A DNA stretch of 29,312 bases from Candidatus Latescibacterota bacterium. GTDB lineage: Bacteria; Latescibacterota; UBA2968; UBA8231. The position numbers and the translations under genes are program-made. This document shows, in pieces, positions 9,153-18,660 of this stretch. The notes beneath the pieces were generated by a model. That model ran no database searches. It saw only the letters and a program-made list of their open reading frames with translations, and was not told the DNA's origin. Numbering within the stretch: the stretch's first letter is position 1; each line of letters opens with the position of its first letter. The stretch covers positions 1-29,312 of the forward strand of contig CBDBIJ010000113.1 of assembly GCA_965205655.1 (NCBI GenBank), read 5' to 3'.

Positions 9153-10421
9153 ATGAAACGCAGGTATCGGAATTTGTCGTTCAGGAATGCCGTCACCGCG
9201 GCAGTGCTGGTCTGGGGCTTCAGCAACGATCTCTCAAACGCTGAGCCTGGCGATGAGCCGAAGGCGGATTGGCCCCAGTGGCGTGGGCCGAACCGGGACG
9301 GGTTGGCACCGGCATCTCATATTGCCACGGCATGGACGGAAGCTGGCCCAAAGCAGGTCTGGCGGAAGCGCCTGGGTGAGGGGTTCTCCGGCATATCAGT
9401 CTCCGGGTCGCGGGCGTACACCATGTACGCCAAAGGGCACAACGAGTACGTCGTATGTCTAAATGCCGCCGACGGCAGCGAGGTCTGGAGCCGGCGCACC
9501 GGAGCCAATTTCATGGAGGGCCATGGCAATGGGCCACGTTGCACTCCGACAATCGAAGGAAACCGGATCTACACGCTGGGCGCGAGCGGCGAGTTGCTGG
9601 CACTCGAGGCGGAAACGGGACACGTCATTTGGAAACACAATCTGCGGAGGGAGTTCAGAAGCAAGCGGCCTACATGGGGGTTTATCTCGTCGCCTTTGGT
9701 GGAGGACAACATGGTTCTGGTGGAGGGGGGAGGATCGGCAGAGCGATCCCTGATGGCTTTCGATAAGGAGTCGGGAAACGCTGTGTGGATGACGGGTAGC
9801 GACCCGATCGGGTATTCCTCACCGATTCCCGTCGACGTACACGGGGTGCGTCAGATCCTGTTTTTCACTGGAGCCGCACTCGTTTCCGTGGCGCCGTCAA
9901 GCGGACAGATCTACTGGCGCTACGAATGGCCGAATGATCACCACATCAATCCGGCGACGCCGGTATTCATCGGTCCTGACCGCGTGTTCGTCTCATCCGG
10001 CTACGGCACAGGCGGGGCCGTCGTGCAGATAACGGAGACCGACTCAGGCCCGGGAGTCAGCGAAGTCTGGTTCAGTAAGAGGATGAAGAATCACTTCAAT
10101 TCATCGATCCATCGCGACGGATTCATCTACGGATTCGATGACGCCATATTCAAGTGTATCGCCGCCGACACAGGCGAGGAAAAATGGAAGGCAAGAGGGT
10201 ACGGCAAAGGCAGTCTCATCTTCGCCGACGGTCACCTGATCGTGCTCAGTGACGATGGGAAGCTGGCCATCGTGGAAGCGATTCCAGCCGCCCACGTCGA
10301 AGTGGCGAGCGCGCAGGTACTGAGCGGCAGGTGCTGGACAGCACCCAGTTTGGCTAGTGGGCTGCTATATCTCCGGAGCCTGGAGGAGATCGTGTGTCTC
10401 GACCTGCGGGGACGAACCTAA
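9153..10421 (+). CDS. Exported PQQ-binding-like (BamB-type) beta-propeller protein
   Basis: RBS GAGGTG precedes ATG 9153. Signal-like N-terminus, 'DWPQWRGPNRDG', 'GPRCTPT', 'WGFISSPLV', 'GYSSP', repeated 'A..G...W' Trp-docking motifs and 'CWTAPSLASGLLYLR'. 422 aa. Confidence 0.88.
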   Translation: MKRRYRNLSFRNAVTAAVLVWGFSNDLSNAEPGDEPKADWPQWRGPNRDGLAPASHIATAWTEAGPKQVWRKRLGEGFSGISVSGSRAYTMYAKGHNEYVVCLNAADGSEVWSRRTGANFMEGHGNGPRCTPTIEGNRIYTLGASGELLALEAETGHVIWKHNLRREFRSKRPTWGFISSPLVEDNMVLVEGGGSAERSLMAFDKESGNAVWMTGSDPIGYSSPIPVDVHGVRQILFFTGAALVSVAPSSGQIYWRYEWPNDHHINPATPVFIGPDRVFVSSGYGTGGAVVQITETDSGPGVSEVWFSKRMKNHFNSSIHRDGFIYGFDDAIFKCIAADTGEEKWKARGYGKGSLIFADGHLIVLSDDGKLAIVEAIPAAHVEVASAQVLSGRCWTAPSLASGLLYLRSLEEIVCLDLRGRT

Positions 10422-10432
10422 GGAGCACGCTC

Positions 10433-12006
10433 ATGACATCAAACATCTACTGTCTCCTCGCGTTAGCACCGATCCTGGGGTCCCTGTCCTGTGCCTCCCA
10501 GATGCCGAAGCAGAATCCCGCGGGTCAGACGAAGAAACTCGTTCAGTTCACCACCCATGGAACCCACGATTGGAACCCGGACTGGTCTCCTGACGGCCAG
10601 TGGATCGCCTTTGAATCGTTCCGCAGCGGCAATCGCGAAATCTATATCCGGCGCGTCGCCGGCGGAGCCGCGATCAAGGTCACCGACCATCCGGCAACAG
10701 ACGCGTTGGCCAGATGGTCCCCCGACGAGGGAAAGCTGCTTTTCGTCTCTACACGAAGCGGGAGCCTGAAACTCCACATTGTGGAGCCGTTCGAGGAAGG
10801 TATGCCGGTGTCGCAGCTCGGGACTGAGGCAGACTCCCTTGCCACCGACATCATCAACTGGTCGCCGGATGGCGAGGAGGTGGTTTACTGTGCCAGCACG
10901 GAGGGCAACTGGGACATCTGGGCCATGGCCGGTCTCGGGCGGACCCGCCCGCAGAATCACCGACAGACGCCAGCGCGATTACCACCCAGACTGGTCGCCG
11001 GACGGCCAGTGGATCGCCTTCTTGACGAACCGGGACGATGGCATATCCATCGCCGTGATCCCGTCCGCGGGAGGAGAGCCGATCGAAGTGGGGGCGCCCG
11101 GCAACCGGCCGCGATGGTCTCCCGACAGCAGACGGATCTGCTACCAGGGCTTCACTGAGTCGGGTAACCTCTGGACCGTTCCGGTGGATGGCGGCGACCC
11201 CGTGCGCCTGGTGGACAACGCCGACATCGGGCCGAGCGGAGGCGCGACCTGGTCCCCCGATGGTTCACAGGTAGCCTACGTGAGTGCGGACGGCGGCAGG
11301 AGAGAGATCTGGACAGGAACGACGGACGGCGGCGAGGCGGTGGCGCTGACATCAGGCGCCTCGGCAGCCGCGGGGGAGGCGAGCGTGCGCTGGTCTCCGG
11401 ACGGAGCGCACATCGCCTTCGTGTCAGATGCGGGAGGGCAGAAGAAGGTCTGGATCGTCCCGGCTGCCGGTGGGAACACCCAAGTCGCTAAGCACAACCG
11501 CCGGGGAGGATATGTCCATGGCGTGGTCACCGGACAGCGAGCGCCTGGCCATCGCCAGCGGAACGCCGGAGGAGAGTGACATCTGGATCATGTCGGTTGA
11601 AGGAGGAACAGCGGAGCGGCTTGTTTCTGGTCCGGGCGCCGACACAGATCCGGACTGGGCGCCCAGTGGCGACCGAATCGCCTTTGCTTCAACGCGTCCT
11701 CATGGCGGCGAGGATGGAGGGTGGAACATCTGGGCCGTAGCGGCCGCTGGTGGGGCGCCGGTCTGGTTGACCGAGGGCCGCTTACCCCACTGGTCGCCGG
11801 ACGGTAGCGAGCTGCTTCACGTGTTTGACAACGACGCGTGGACGGTGCCTGTGTCCGGTGGAGAAGCGGTAACCGTGTTGGCTCTGGGTGAAGAATCCAT
11901 ACGCCCCCGATGGGCTCCAGACGGGCAGTCCATCCTCTACTCGGCGGGTTTGCACAGCCAGGCTGATGTCTGGATTGTCGATGTAAGCGACATCGTGGGG
12001 CCGTGA
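10433..12006 (+). CDS. PD40/TolB-like multi-repeat beta-propeller lipoprotein; apparent +1 frameshifts near 10927 and 11475
   Basis: RBS AAGGAG precedes ATG 10433, with lipobox-like 'LGSLSC'. Eleven W(S/A)P(D/S)x motifs are spread over three consecutive ORFs (10394, 10779, 11428). Removing one duplicated base at each junction gives one 523-aa frame. Confidence 0.85.
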
Positions 12007-12062
12007 GAGCTATGCCACGCAGAAACCACGGGCGAGTGACTAGGGCAAAAGCTCAGAGGATG

Positions 12063-13311
12063 TTAAATCTGCCTCGTCATTTCCAGACAGACCAGTTCCT
12101 CCCCATTGCGGACGTACAGTTTACCACCGGCGAGTGTCGGCGCGGTCCAACACTGGCCTTGCAGGACCTGAAACACGGCCTTTTCCCTGTATTCGGAAGG
12201 GACCGCTTCAACCAACACCAGTTTGCCCTCTTCACTGAGAACAATCAAATGTCCGTCGGCAAGAATTAAAGAGCCCTTTTCGAAGCCACGTGCTGCCCAC
12301 TGCTCTTCGCCGGTACTCGCCTCAATACACTTCAAGATGAAGTTGTCGAAACCATACAGATAGTTTCCGTGCAGGACCGACGAGTTGAAATGATTCTTCA
12401 TCACGCGACTTTTCCAAACATCCTCAGCCATTAGCTTGCCATCGGTTTCTTCGATCTGAAGAACAGCGGCCCCCACATCGTAGGAGGCGGAGATAAAAAT
12501 TTTGTTTTCGGGAATAAAGATCGGTGTGGCCACAGTGATGCCTTCATGTACGGGCCAGTCATACTGCCAGTAAATCTGACCGTCCGCAGGCGCCACCGAA
12601 AGGAGGGTCTTTGAGGTTAGGAAAATGATCTGCCGAGTACCATTGAGCGTAACAGCAATCGGCGATGAATAGGCCGGTCCGGTCCGTATGGGAAGTCCAT
12701 ACCAAACGGCCGCTCTCTTTATCGAAGGCGACAATTGATTTTCCCGGCCTACCCCCGACTTCAACGAGCAGTAGATCGCTCTCAACAAGAGGCGAGGTGG
12801 AAAATCCCCAATAGGGGATACTGCTGCCGAACTGCTTCCTGAAGTCATGTTTCCACACCTTTTCCCCATCCTCTGCACGCAAGGCGTAGAGCTTGCCTTT
12901 CGCACTCAGCACGAAGACCAGGTCGCCATCGACAGTTGGCGTCGAACGCGGCCCGTTCCCATAGGCCTGGCCGAATTTGGAGTCCGACCGGAAGCGCCAG
13001 ATTTCCGCGCCGCTGGAGGCATCCAGGCACAGCACGAACTCATCCGGACCTTCGCCCGACATCGTGTAGAGGCGCCCCTGGGCAATGGACACGCTCGAGT
13101 AGCCTTCGCCAATGGGCACCCGCCACAGGACTTCGGGCCCGCTCTCGGGCCAGCTTGAGAGCAGTCCGGTTTCAGCGGAGACGCCATCCCGGTTGAGCCC
13201 GCGCCACTGGGGCCAGTCGGCGTTCGCATCCTGACCAATCGAATGGGAAGCCGCGAATAGCACGACTGCAAAAAGGCCGCTCAAAGGGGAAAACTGCTTT
13301 CTGCTTTTCAT
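12063..13311 (-). CDS. Second exported PQQ-binding-like (BamB-type) beta-propeller protein; apparent +1 frameshift near 12679
   Basis: RBS GAGGAGG precedes ATG 13311. 'DWPQWRGLNRDG', 'GPRSTPT' and 'WGFSTSPLV' lie in one frame; 'AYSSP', 'MKNHFNSSV' and 'CWTAPTLAGGKLYVR' lie in the next. Repaired length 415 aa; clear paralogue of 9153..10421. Confidence 0.87.
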
Positions 13312-13344
13312 TATGACCTCCTCGCATGACATGCGAGATTCCGT

Positions 13345-15778
13345 TCATCTGAATGAGCTCACACCACTTTCCGTGCCGATCCACATGCGCCCTTTCCCGT
13401 CCTGCACGAGGGCGCTCACCGAATTGTGTGCCAGACCCTCCCGGGCCGTGAATGTCGTAAAGCGCTCACCATCGTAGCGAGTTACGCCTCCACCTTCGGT
13501 GCCAAACCACAGATATCCCCCTCCATCCTGCACGAGCGATCCCACCCAATTGTGCCCCAGGCCCTCTCGCGTGGTGAAGGTAACAAGCTGTTGCCCATCA
13601 TACCGGCTGGCACCACCAAGGGTACCGAACCACACATGTCCCTCCCGATCCTGCATGAGCGACCCCACCCAATTGTGCGCCAAGCCGTCTTGTGTATCGA
13701 AGGTGGTAAAACTCTCACCATCGTAGCGACTGACGCCACCGCCTTCCGTGCCGATCCAGAGATTGCCCTCCCTGTCCTCCAACAGCGACGCTACCCAATT
13801 GTGCGCCAGACCGTCTCGCGTGGTGAACGTGGTAAAACCTTTGCCATCGTAGCGGCAAACCCCACCCTCCGTGCCAATCCAGAGATGGCCCTGCCGATCT
13901 TGCAGAAGCACACGCACCACACCGTGCGACAGACCATCCTGAGTAGTGAAGGTGGCAAAACCTTCGCCATCATAACGACTGACGCCACCACCATCTGTCC
14001 CTATCCAGAGGTGCCTCTGCCTGTCCTCCAGAAGCGCACTCACCCAGTTGTGCGCCAGGCCGTCCTGCGCGGTGAAGGTCGTGAAGCTCTGACCGTCGTA
14101 GCGGCACACACCACCGCCGTGGGTACCGAACCACAGGTGTCCCTCCCGGTCCAGCAAGAGGGCGCTGACAGCTGCACTGGCGAGACCGTCCGTCCTGTCG
14201 TAGGTGCGCCAACGATCGGATCCCGAAGATGCCGCCTTGCCCGGTCCGGCAAGCACTACCTGTCCCGAACCTGCCGGCACTACCTGGCCGGATCCTGCAG
14301 GCACCGTTCGTCCTGGTCCTGCCGGCATGGAGTGAAGTTCGAAACGGTAGGCCATCACGCTATCTGTGCGAGACTGTCCAAAGGCCGACACATCCCGCAA
14401 CATCGCCATCCAGCTCGAGTCTCCATTGAGGGCTGTTTCCTTTTCGGCGATTTCAGACCGCTTTTTCAGCTGGAACAGCCGACTAAAGACGCTGTCCGGA
14501 GTCACGAGCCGGCGCTCGGAAGCGGGCACAAGGCCGTGCTTTTCCAGGATAGAGCTGATCTGTTTTTCGTAGACTCCCTCAAACGTCTCCATCCGCTCAG
14601 GCAGCACCTGAAACGACAATCGCGCCAGAAAGGGCACCTCGGTCACGGCGAAATCCGCCTGCGTCTCCTCTGCCGCCCGCACAATCAGACCGCTCACCCG
14701 GTCCACTCCTCTGGCCCCCACCACTGAGGCTCGATAAGAGCCCGGCGCGACCCAGACCTGATAGCGGCCATCCGCACCGGTCCTTGCCCTGGCCCGCATC
14801 ATACCCTCCTGGCCCTCCACGCGGATCTCAGCTTCGGCCCACGGCGATCCGTCGTGAGCGTGGGTCGCTCTACCCGAGATGGCGCCCAGGGCGCTAAGGT
14901 CTTCCGTACCATACCGACTGACACCGCCTCCGCTTGTACCGAACCACAAATTCCCCTCCCGATCCTCCAGAATGGGGCGCACCCTGTTATGCACCAGGCC
15001 ATCCTCGGTAGTGAATTGCGTGAACGCCTCGCCATCATAGCGGCTCACACCGGCGCTAGCATGGCCAAACCAAAGATTGCCGTGCCGATCCTCCACGACG
15101 CTCCGAACGTCATCTTGCGCCAGGCCGTCGTCGGTAGTGAAGGTCGTGAACGCCTCGCCATCGTAGCGGCTGACGTTGTGGTTCGTCCCGAACCACAGAT
15201 GGCCTTGCCGGTCCTCGACAATGTCCCTCACGTTGTTGTCCGTCAGGCCCTCTTTGATGGTGAAATTGGTAAACATCTGCCCGTCATGAGCGACTCACAC
15301 CACCCAAGGTCCCGAATCACAGATTGCCCACTCGGTCCTCAAAAATGGACGACACCCTATTGTCCGTCAGACCCTCTCTTGTGGTGACGGTGGTGAACTC
15401 CTGCCCGTCATAGCGACTCACACCGGCGCCCCCGGTGCCAAACCAGAGACGGCCATGACGATCCTGGGCAATGGACCGCACGGCATTGTTTGCCAGGCCG
15501 TCGTCAGTAGTGAAGGTGACAAACTCCTTTCCGTCATAGCGACTCACGCCCGCTCCCGCCGTCCCGAACCACAGATAACCCTCCCGATCCTGCAGGATGG
15601 CGAGTATGTTGGCGGACGGCATCCCATCTCGGTCACTAAAGCTCTGCCACAACCCCTGCCGGAAGCCGGCAACGGCTGGTGCGGCCTTGCCCGCTCCGGC
15701 CTTCACCGTCTTGCCCGCACCGGCATACGCCGGGTGGACTATAGCTACACCAATCAATAGCAGGAGTTTCATCGACAT
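13345..15778 (-). CDS. Exported mosaic protein: two blocks of two-component-regulator (Reg_prop) propeller repeats flanking a carboxypeptidase-regulatory-like beta-sandwich and a NIPSNAP-like domain; interrupted by an in-frame TGA (15317-15319) and a +1 insertion (15288)
   Basis: Signal-like MSMKLLLLIGVAIVHPAYA, followed by many 'DGL.HN.V..L.(Q/E)DR.G.LWFGT.GG.VSRYDG..F..FT' repeats. ORFs 15317..15778 and 13345..15276 join into one 810-aa frame. No TM segment or kinase domain. Confidence 0.82.
14230..14325 (-). repeat. Four degenerate 24-nt tandem coding repeats (PAGPGRTV/PAGSGQVV/PAGSGQVV/LAGPGKAA linker)
   Basis: Read directly from the translation and DNA (recurring GCACTACCTG). A related unit, AGAGKTVK/AGAGKAAP, occurs at 15677-15724. 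Confidence 0.8.
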
Positions 15779-15782
15779 TGCT

Positions 15783-16352
15783 CTACCTCCTTGAATCGAT
15801 GTTACCGGATTCTGTCAGCTGCTGTTGCAGCGACCACTGGAGCCAGACCAGAAAAAGCGGCACCACCTGTTTGAGAGCAAGGACACTGAAATGACTGTAG
15901 AACTTCACGAAGGCGAACCAGAGGTCGAACTGCTCCCAGATGTCATATGCCTGCGGTCGAATTTCTGTGAGCAGCCGGCTCTCCGCCCACATGGTGAGGT
16001 CGAAGACGTGGAACCCGAACAAGAAAGGCAGTCCACTGATGAGAAACCCGCCCCGCTGTCTGTTCGAAACCCTCGGAACGACGGTCAGGGCAGTCAAATA
16101 AAGGACCAGGTTGTAGGCGAGAAGCCGGAAGGCGAGCAAGTGCTCCAGGTGTTTCGTCTCGTGCGTCACCCGCCACGTGACAGTGGGGAACACTCCCTCG
16201 AACGCGAAGCGGGCGCCGTGCGGCTCGATGAGATTGAGGAGTGCCTGTGCTGTCGGAACGACGAGTTCGGCGTAGAGCGGCAGCGCCGCAATCGCGATCA
16301 GGTTCCAGGCGGCGAATGCCAGGAGCAGCTTGAAATGGAAGCGCCAGGTCAC
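15783..16352 (-). CDS. Exosortase-associated multi-pass membrane protein (exosortase-like pattern without catalytic residues)
   Basis: GTG start overlaps the exosortase stop (GTGA). About 4 TM segments. 'YNLVLYLTALTVVP...RQR..FLISGL..LFGFHVFDL' parallels the exosortase core but has no Cys, and has H/D at the N/R positions. Confidence 0.7.
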   Translation of the reverse strand: MTWRFHFKLLLAFAAWNLIAIAALPLYAELVVPTAQALLNLIEPHGARFAFEGVFPTVTWRVTHETKHLEHLLAFRLLAYNLVLYLTALTVVPRVSNRQRGGFLISGLPFLFGFHVFDLTMWAESRLLTEIRPQAYDIWEQFDLWFAFVKFYSHFSVLALKQVVPLFLVWLQWSLQQQLTESGNIDSRR

Positions 16353-16903
16353 ACTGAGGATTTATGCAATCCCTTGAACCCGCTGAGCTGGGGAGCGGAC
16401 TTTCTGACGAAGTGAATCCAGAACAACATGACGAACACGACCATGATGGCCTGGCCAATCTGGTAGTGGAAGATATCCATGTGTTGGGGAATCGTTGCCA
16501 TGACCCACAGGAGCATGAGCACTCGCACGATGTTGAGAAAGAAGATGGGGGGCAGGTAGAGGAGGAGCGCCCTGCCACGAACGTGCCAGCTCACCGGAAA
16601 GGCAAGGATACCTGCCAGCAGCAGAAAGACCGATTCGATGCCGTTGCAGCCTCCTCGAACGACGATGGCGACGCCATCGTCGGCACTCAGCGTGACCGGA
16701 CCGCGCTGACTGACCGCAAACGGCATGACGAGGTTGCCCACGTGAGTCGCAGCCGCCGTTACCAACGAGGTATAGGGGATGTCGATAAACTGCCCCGAAT
16801 AGCGCTGCTCAATCTGGGAGACGCCGTTGAAGAGAGCGAGCAGCAGCAGGAACGTGACGGCGATCCGGAGCTGCTTGCGGCGGGGGAGTGAGATACCCGG
16901 CAT
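16349..16903 (-). CDS. Exosortase/archaeosortase family transpeptidase, XrtH-like (IPTL-CTERM type)
   Basis: Catalytic Cys-Arg-His pattern: 'IVVRGGCNGIE', 'LNIVRV', 'DIFHYQIGQ'. Short multi-TM protein starting 4 nt after a gene that ends in an IPTL-like tail. Confidence 0.87.
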   Translation of the reverse strand: MPGISLPRRKQLRIAVTFLLLLALFNGVSQIEQRYSGQFIDIPYTSLVTAAATHVGNLVMPFAVSQRGPVTLSADDGVAIVVRGGCNGIESVFLLLAGILAFPVSWHVRGRALLLYLPPIFFLNIVRVLMLLWVMATIPQHMDIFHYQIGQAIMVVFVMLFWIHFVRKSAPQLSGFKGLHKSSV

Positions 16904-17146
16904 TGGCTCAGCGGAGATACCAGAACACGAGAGCGATCATGGCGAGAGCGAGCACGATGAGCGTGTAATCGGTAAAAGTGGGCACGACCGACACGCAGGC
17001 CGAGAACTCGGAGGTGTCATTGACGTTCGTTGTGAGATCGGTCGCCGTGGCGGTGATGACGCTGCCGAGGGTGGCGGTAGTGGCAACCGTGACACTGAAG
17101 TTCACATCACCATTCGCATCGGTCGTCACCGCATTGGTGTTCGCCC

Positions 17147-18568
17147 CTAGCAGCCCGTGGCTAAAGCCCCGTTTGGGAAGATTTGGGGTGGCCTGAGATT
17201 CGTGGTGCGAGTTGCCGCCAATGGCGACGAAAATCGAGCAGTGCCCGAGAGTTGAACCACGGGCGGCGACAAAGCGCGCCAAGGCGCGAAAACCTGAGTG
17301 ATGAGAGACGAAATGAGGGAAAACGCCTCCCTCATACCCCTCGGAGTGCCCGCACCGAAGAGGGTGCGCATGAGGAGGCCGAAATTGCAGCCGCACACGT
17401 GAATGACGAGGCGTTTGAGGATGTTTTGTCGGCCCCGAAGAAACAGCCGTCGCATACCGCCGGTTTCGAACAGATGAGCATACGGGCGTTCGAGCAGCTC
17501 GCCGCGCTTACGCCGCAGCGCCTGCCCGCGGTTGCCGCGAATGCGTCGGCGATTGGCATACACCGCCTGTTGTGCTTCCGCTTTGTCCTTCCAATCTCGA
17601 CGCCCGCGATCCGGTTCGGAAATGTAGCTGCGAATGGCACTGGCTTTGAGATCGACCAGCACCTCGTTGCTGTGATACCCCTTGTCGGTGACGACTTCCG
17701 ACAACGGTTTGGGATGCAGATGCTTCCTGGCCTCGGGATCCTGCGACACGGCCTCCACGTTCAATTCGGTTCGCACCAGCATCCACGGCAGCGATTCGGT
17801 GTCGCCTTCATCGGCACTCGGCAGACTCACGGCGACGATCGCCTGGGTGTCCATGTCCACCGCCGTCTCCACCTTGTGCGCCAGATGGGTGCGACGATCC
17901 TTCGTTTTGGTAATGCGGGCATCCGGATCGTGCGGGTGTTCCCAGTCCTTATTGGACGCTTTCTTCGGGCGCTTCTTGTCGATTCTGGCCAGATCCTCTC
18001 GCGTTGGCGTCTCGATGCCCGATGCCTTGGCCAACTTCGTGAGAAACTCCTCGTAACTTTCGCCCGTGTCCCGGCGCACGATGCTGCGCATGGCGGCGTT
18101 GGCATCCAGCGTCGTGGCGTCGACGCCCAGCGTCTTCCCCTTCAGCAGGTTCGATGTGGCCAGCACCTTCAACACCCACTCGAAGACCTCATGATGCGTC
18201 TGGAAGTCGATCAGCCGGCGCGTGCGAGACACCGTCGAATGATCGGGCGTAGCCTTGTCGAGCTCGTAGCCGAGGAATGCCCGCAACGACAGCGAATCGG
18301 CGACGCGCCAGGCGATCTCACGCTCCGAGTCGATGCCCTCGAAATAGCCGATCATGAGCAGGCGGAAATAGACCCCGGGCGGGATGCCGGGCCGACCGGC
18401 GCCCTCGGCGTAAAACGTCGTGCACCGCTCTTCCACAAACTCGTCGAATCCGTGCTTGTCCAGCACCTCATTCAATCTCTTGTAAAAAGGATGTCCCGGA
18501 GCCCTCAGGTGCTGCGTCGCCACCCACAGCTGAGCTTGGCTCGCGCGCTTCCGTTTTCCCAACGCCAT
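17147..18568 (-). CDS. DDE transposase (DUF772-type N-terminus; IS1182/IS5-like)
   Basis: Motifs 'GRPGIPP...LLMIGYFEGIDSER', 'PDHSTVSRTR', 'LGVDATTL.ANA', 'DPDARI', 'VTDKGYHS', 'LLERPYAHL'. Intact, 473 aa; the stop TAG comes from the target CTAG. Confidence 0.95.
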   Translation of the reverse strand: MALGKRKRASQAQLWVATQHLRAPGHPFYKRLNEVLDKHGFDEFVEERCTTFYAEGAGRPGIPPGVYFRLLMIGYFEGIDSEREIAWRVADSLSLRAFLGYELDKATPDHSTVSRTRRLIDFQTHHEVFEWVLKVLATSNLLKGKTLGVDATTLDANAAMRSIVRRDTGESYEEFLTKLAKASGIETPTREDLARIDKKRPKKASNKDWEHPHDPDARITKTKDRRTHLAHKVETAVDMDTQAIVAVSLPSADEGDTESLPWMLVRTELNVEAVSQDPEARKHLHPKPLSEVVTDKGYHSNEVLVDLKASAIRSYISEPDRGRRDWKDKAEAQQAVYANRRRIRGNRGQALRRKRGELLERPYAHLFETGGMRRLFLRGRQNILKRLVIHVCGCNFGLLMRTLFGAGTPRGMREAFSLISSLITQVFAPWRALSPPVVQLSGTARFSSPLAATRTTNLRPPQIFPNGALATGC

Positions 18569-18660
18569 GACAGCATCTCCCCTGCAAGGTTGATGCTCAA
18601 AGGTAAGGAGAGGCTCCTCATCCGCGCCGCAAGAAAATCACCGACTTTCACCACAGGCTG
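17151..18660 (-). mobile_element. Complete 1510-bp insertion sequence (IS1182/IS5-like DDE element) with 4-bp CTAG target-site duplication
   Basis: Terminal inverted repeats CAGCCCGTGGCTAAAG (17151-17166) and CTTTCACCACAGGCTG (18645-18660) match at 13/16 positions. Flanked by CTAG at 17147-17150 and 18661-18664. Excision restores the host reading frame (F-L-G-A-N). Confidence 0.95.

Noticed and set aside
8243..9226. 327-aa ORF antisense to the aldo/keto reductase
   Set aside because: No motifs, and almost entirely overlaps a well-supported gene.
13426..14727. 433-aa repetitive plus-strand ORF
   Set aside because: Its periodicity mirrors the Reg_prop repeats on the minus strand.
15317..15319. 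TGA-to-Trp recoding or selenocysteine
   Set aside because: TGA is the evident stop of many genes in the window (e.g. 1297, 3270, 4922, 12006), and the position is Trp, not Cys, in sister repeats.
13345..15600. CRISPR array or DGR template/variable repeat pair
   Set aside because: The ~126-132-nt periodicity is degenerate protein-coding blade repetition. There are no identical repeats with unique spacers, and no cas or reverse transcriptase gene.
16908..17396. 162-aa ORF as an independent gene
   Set aside because: Chimera of IS-end sequence read in frame with the orphaned C-terminus of the surface protein.
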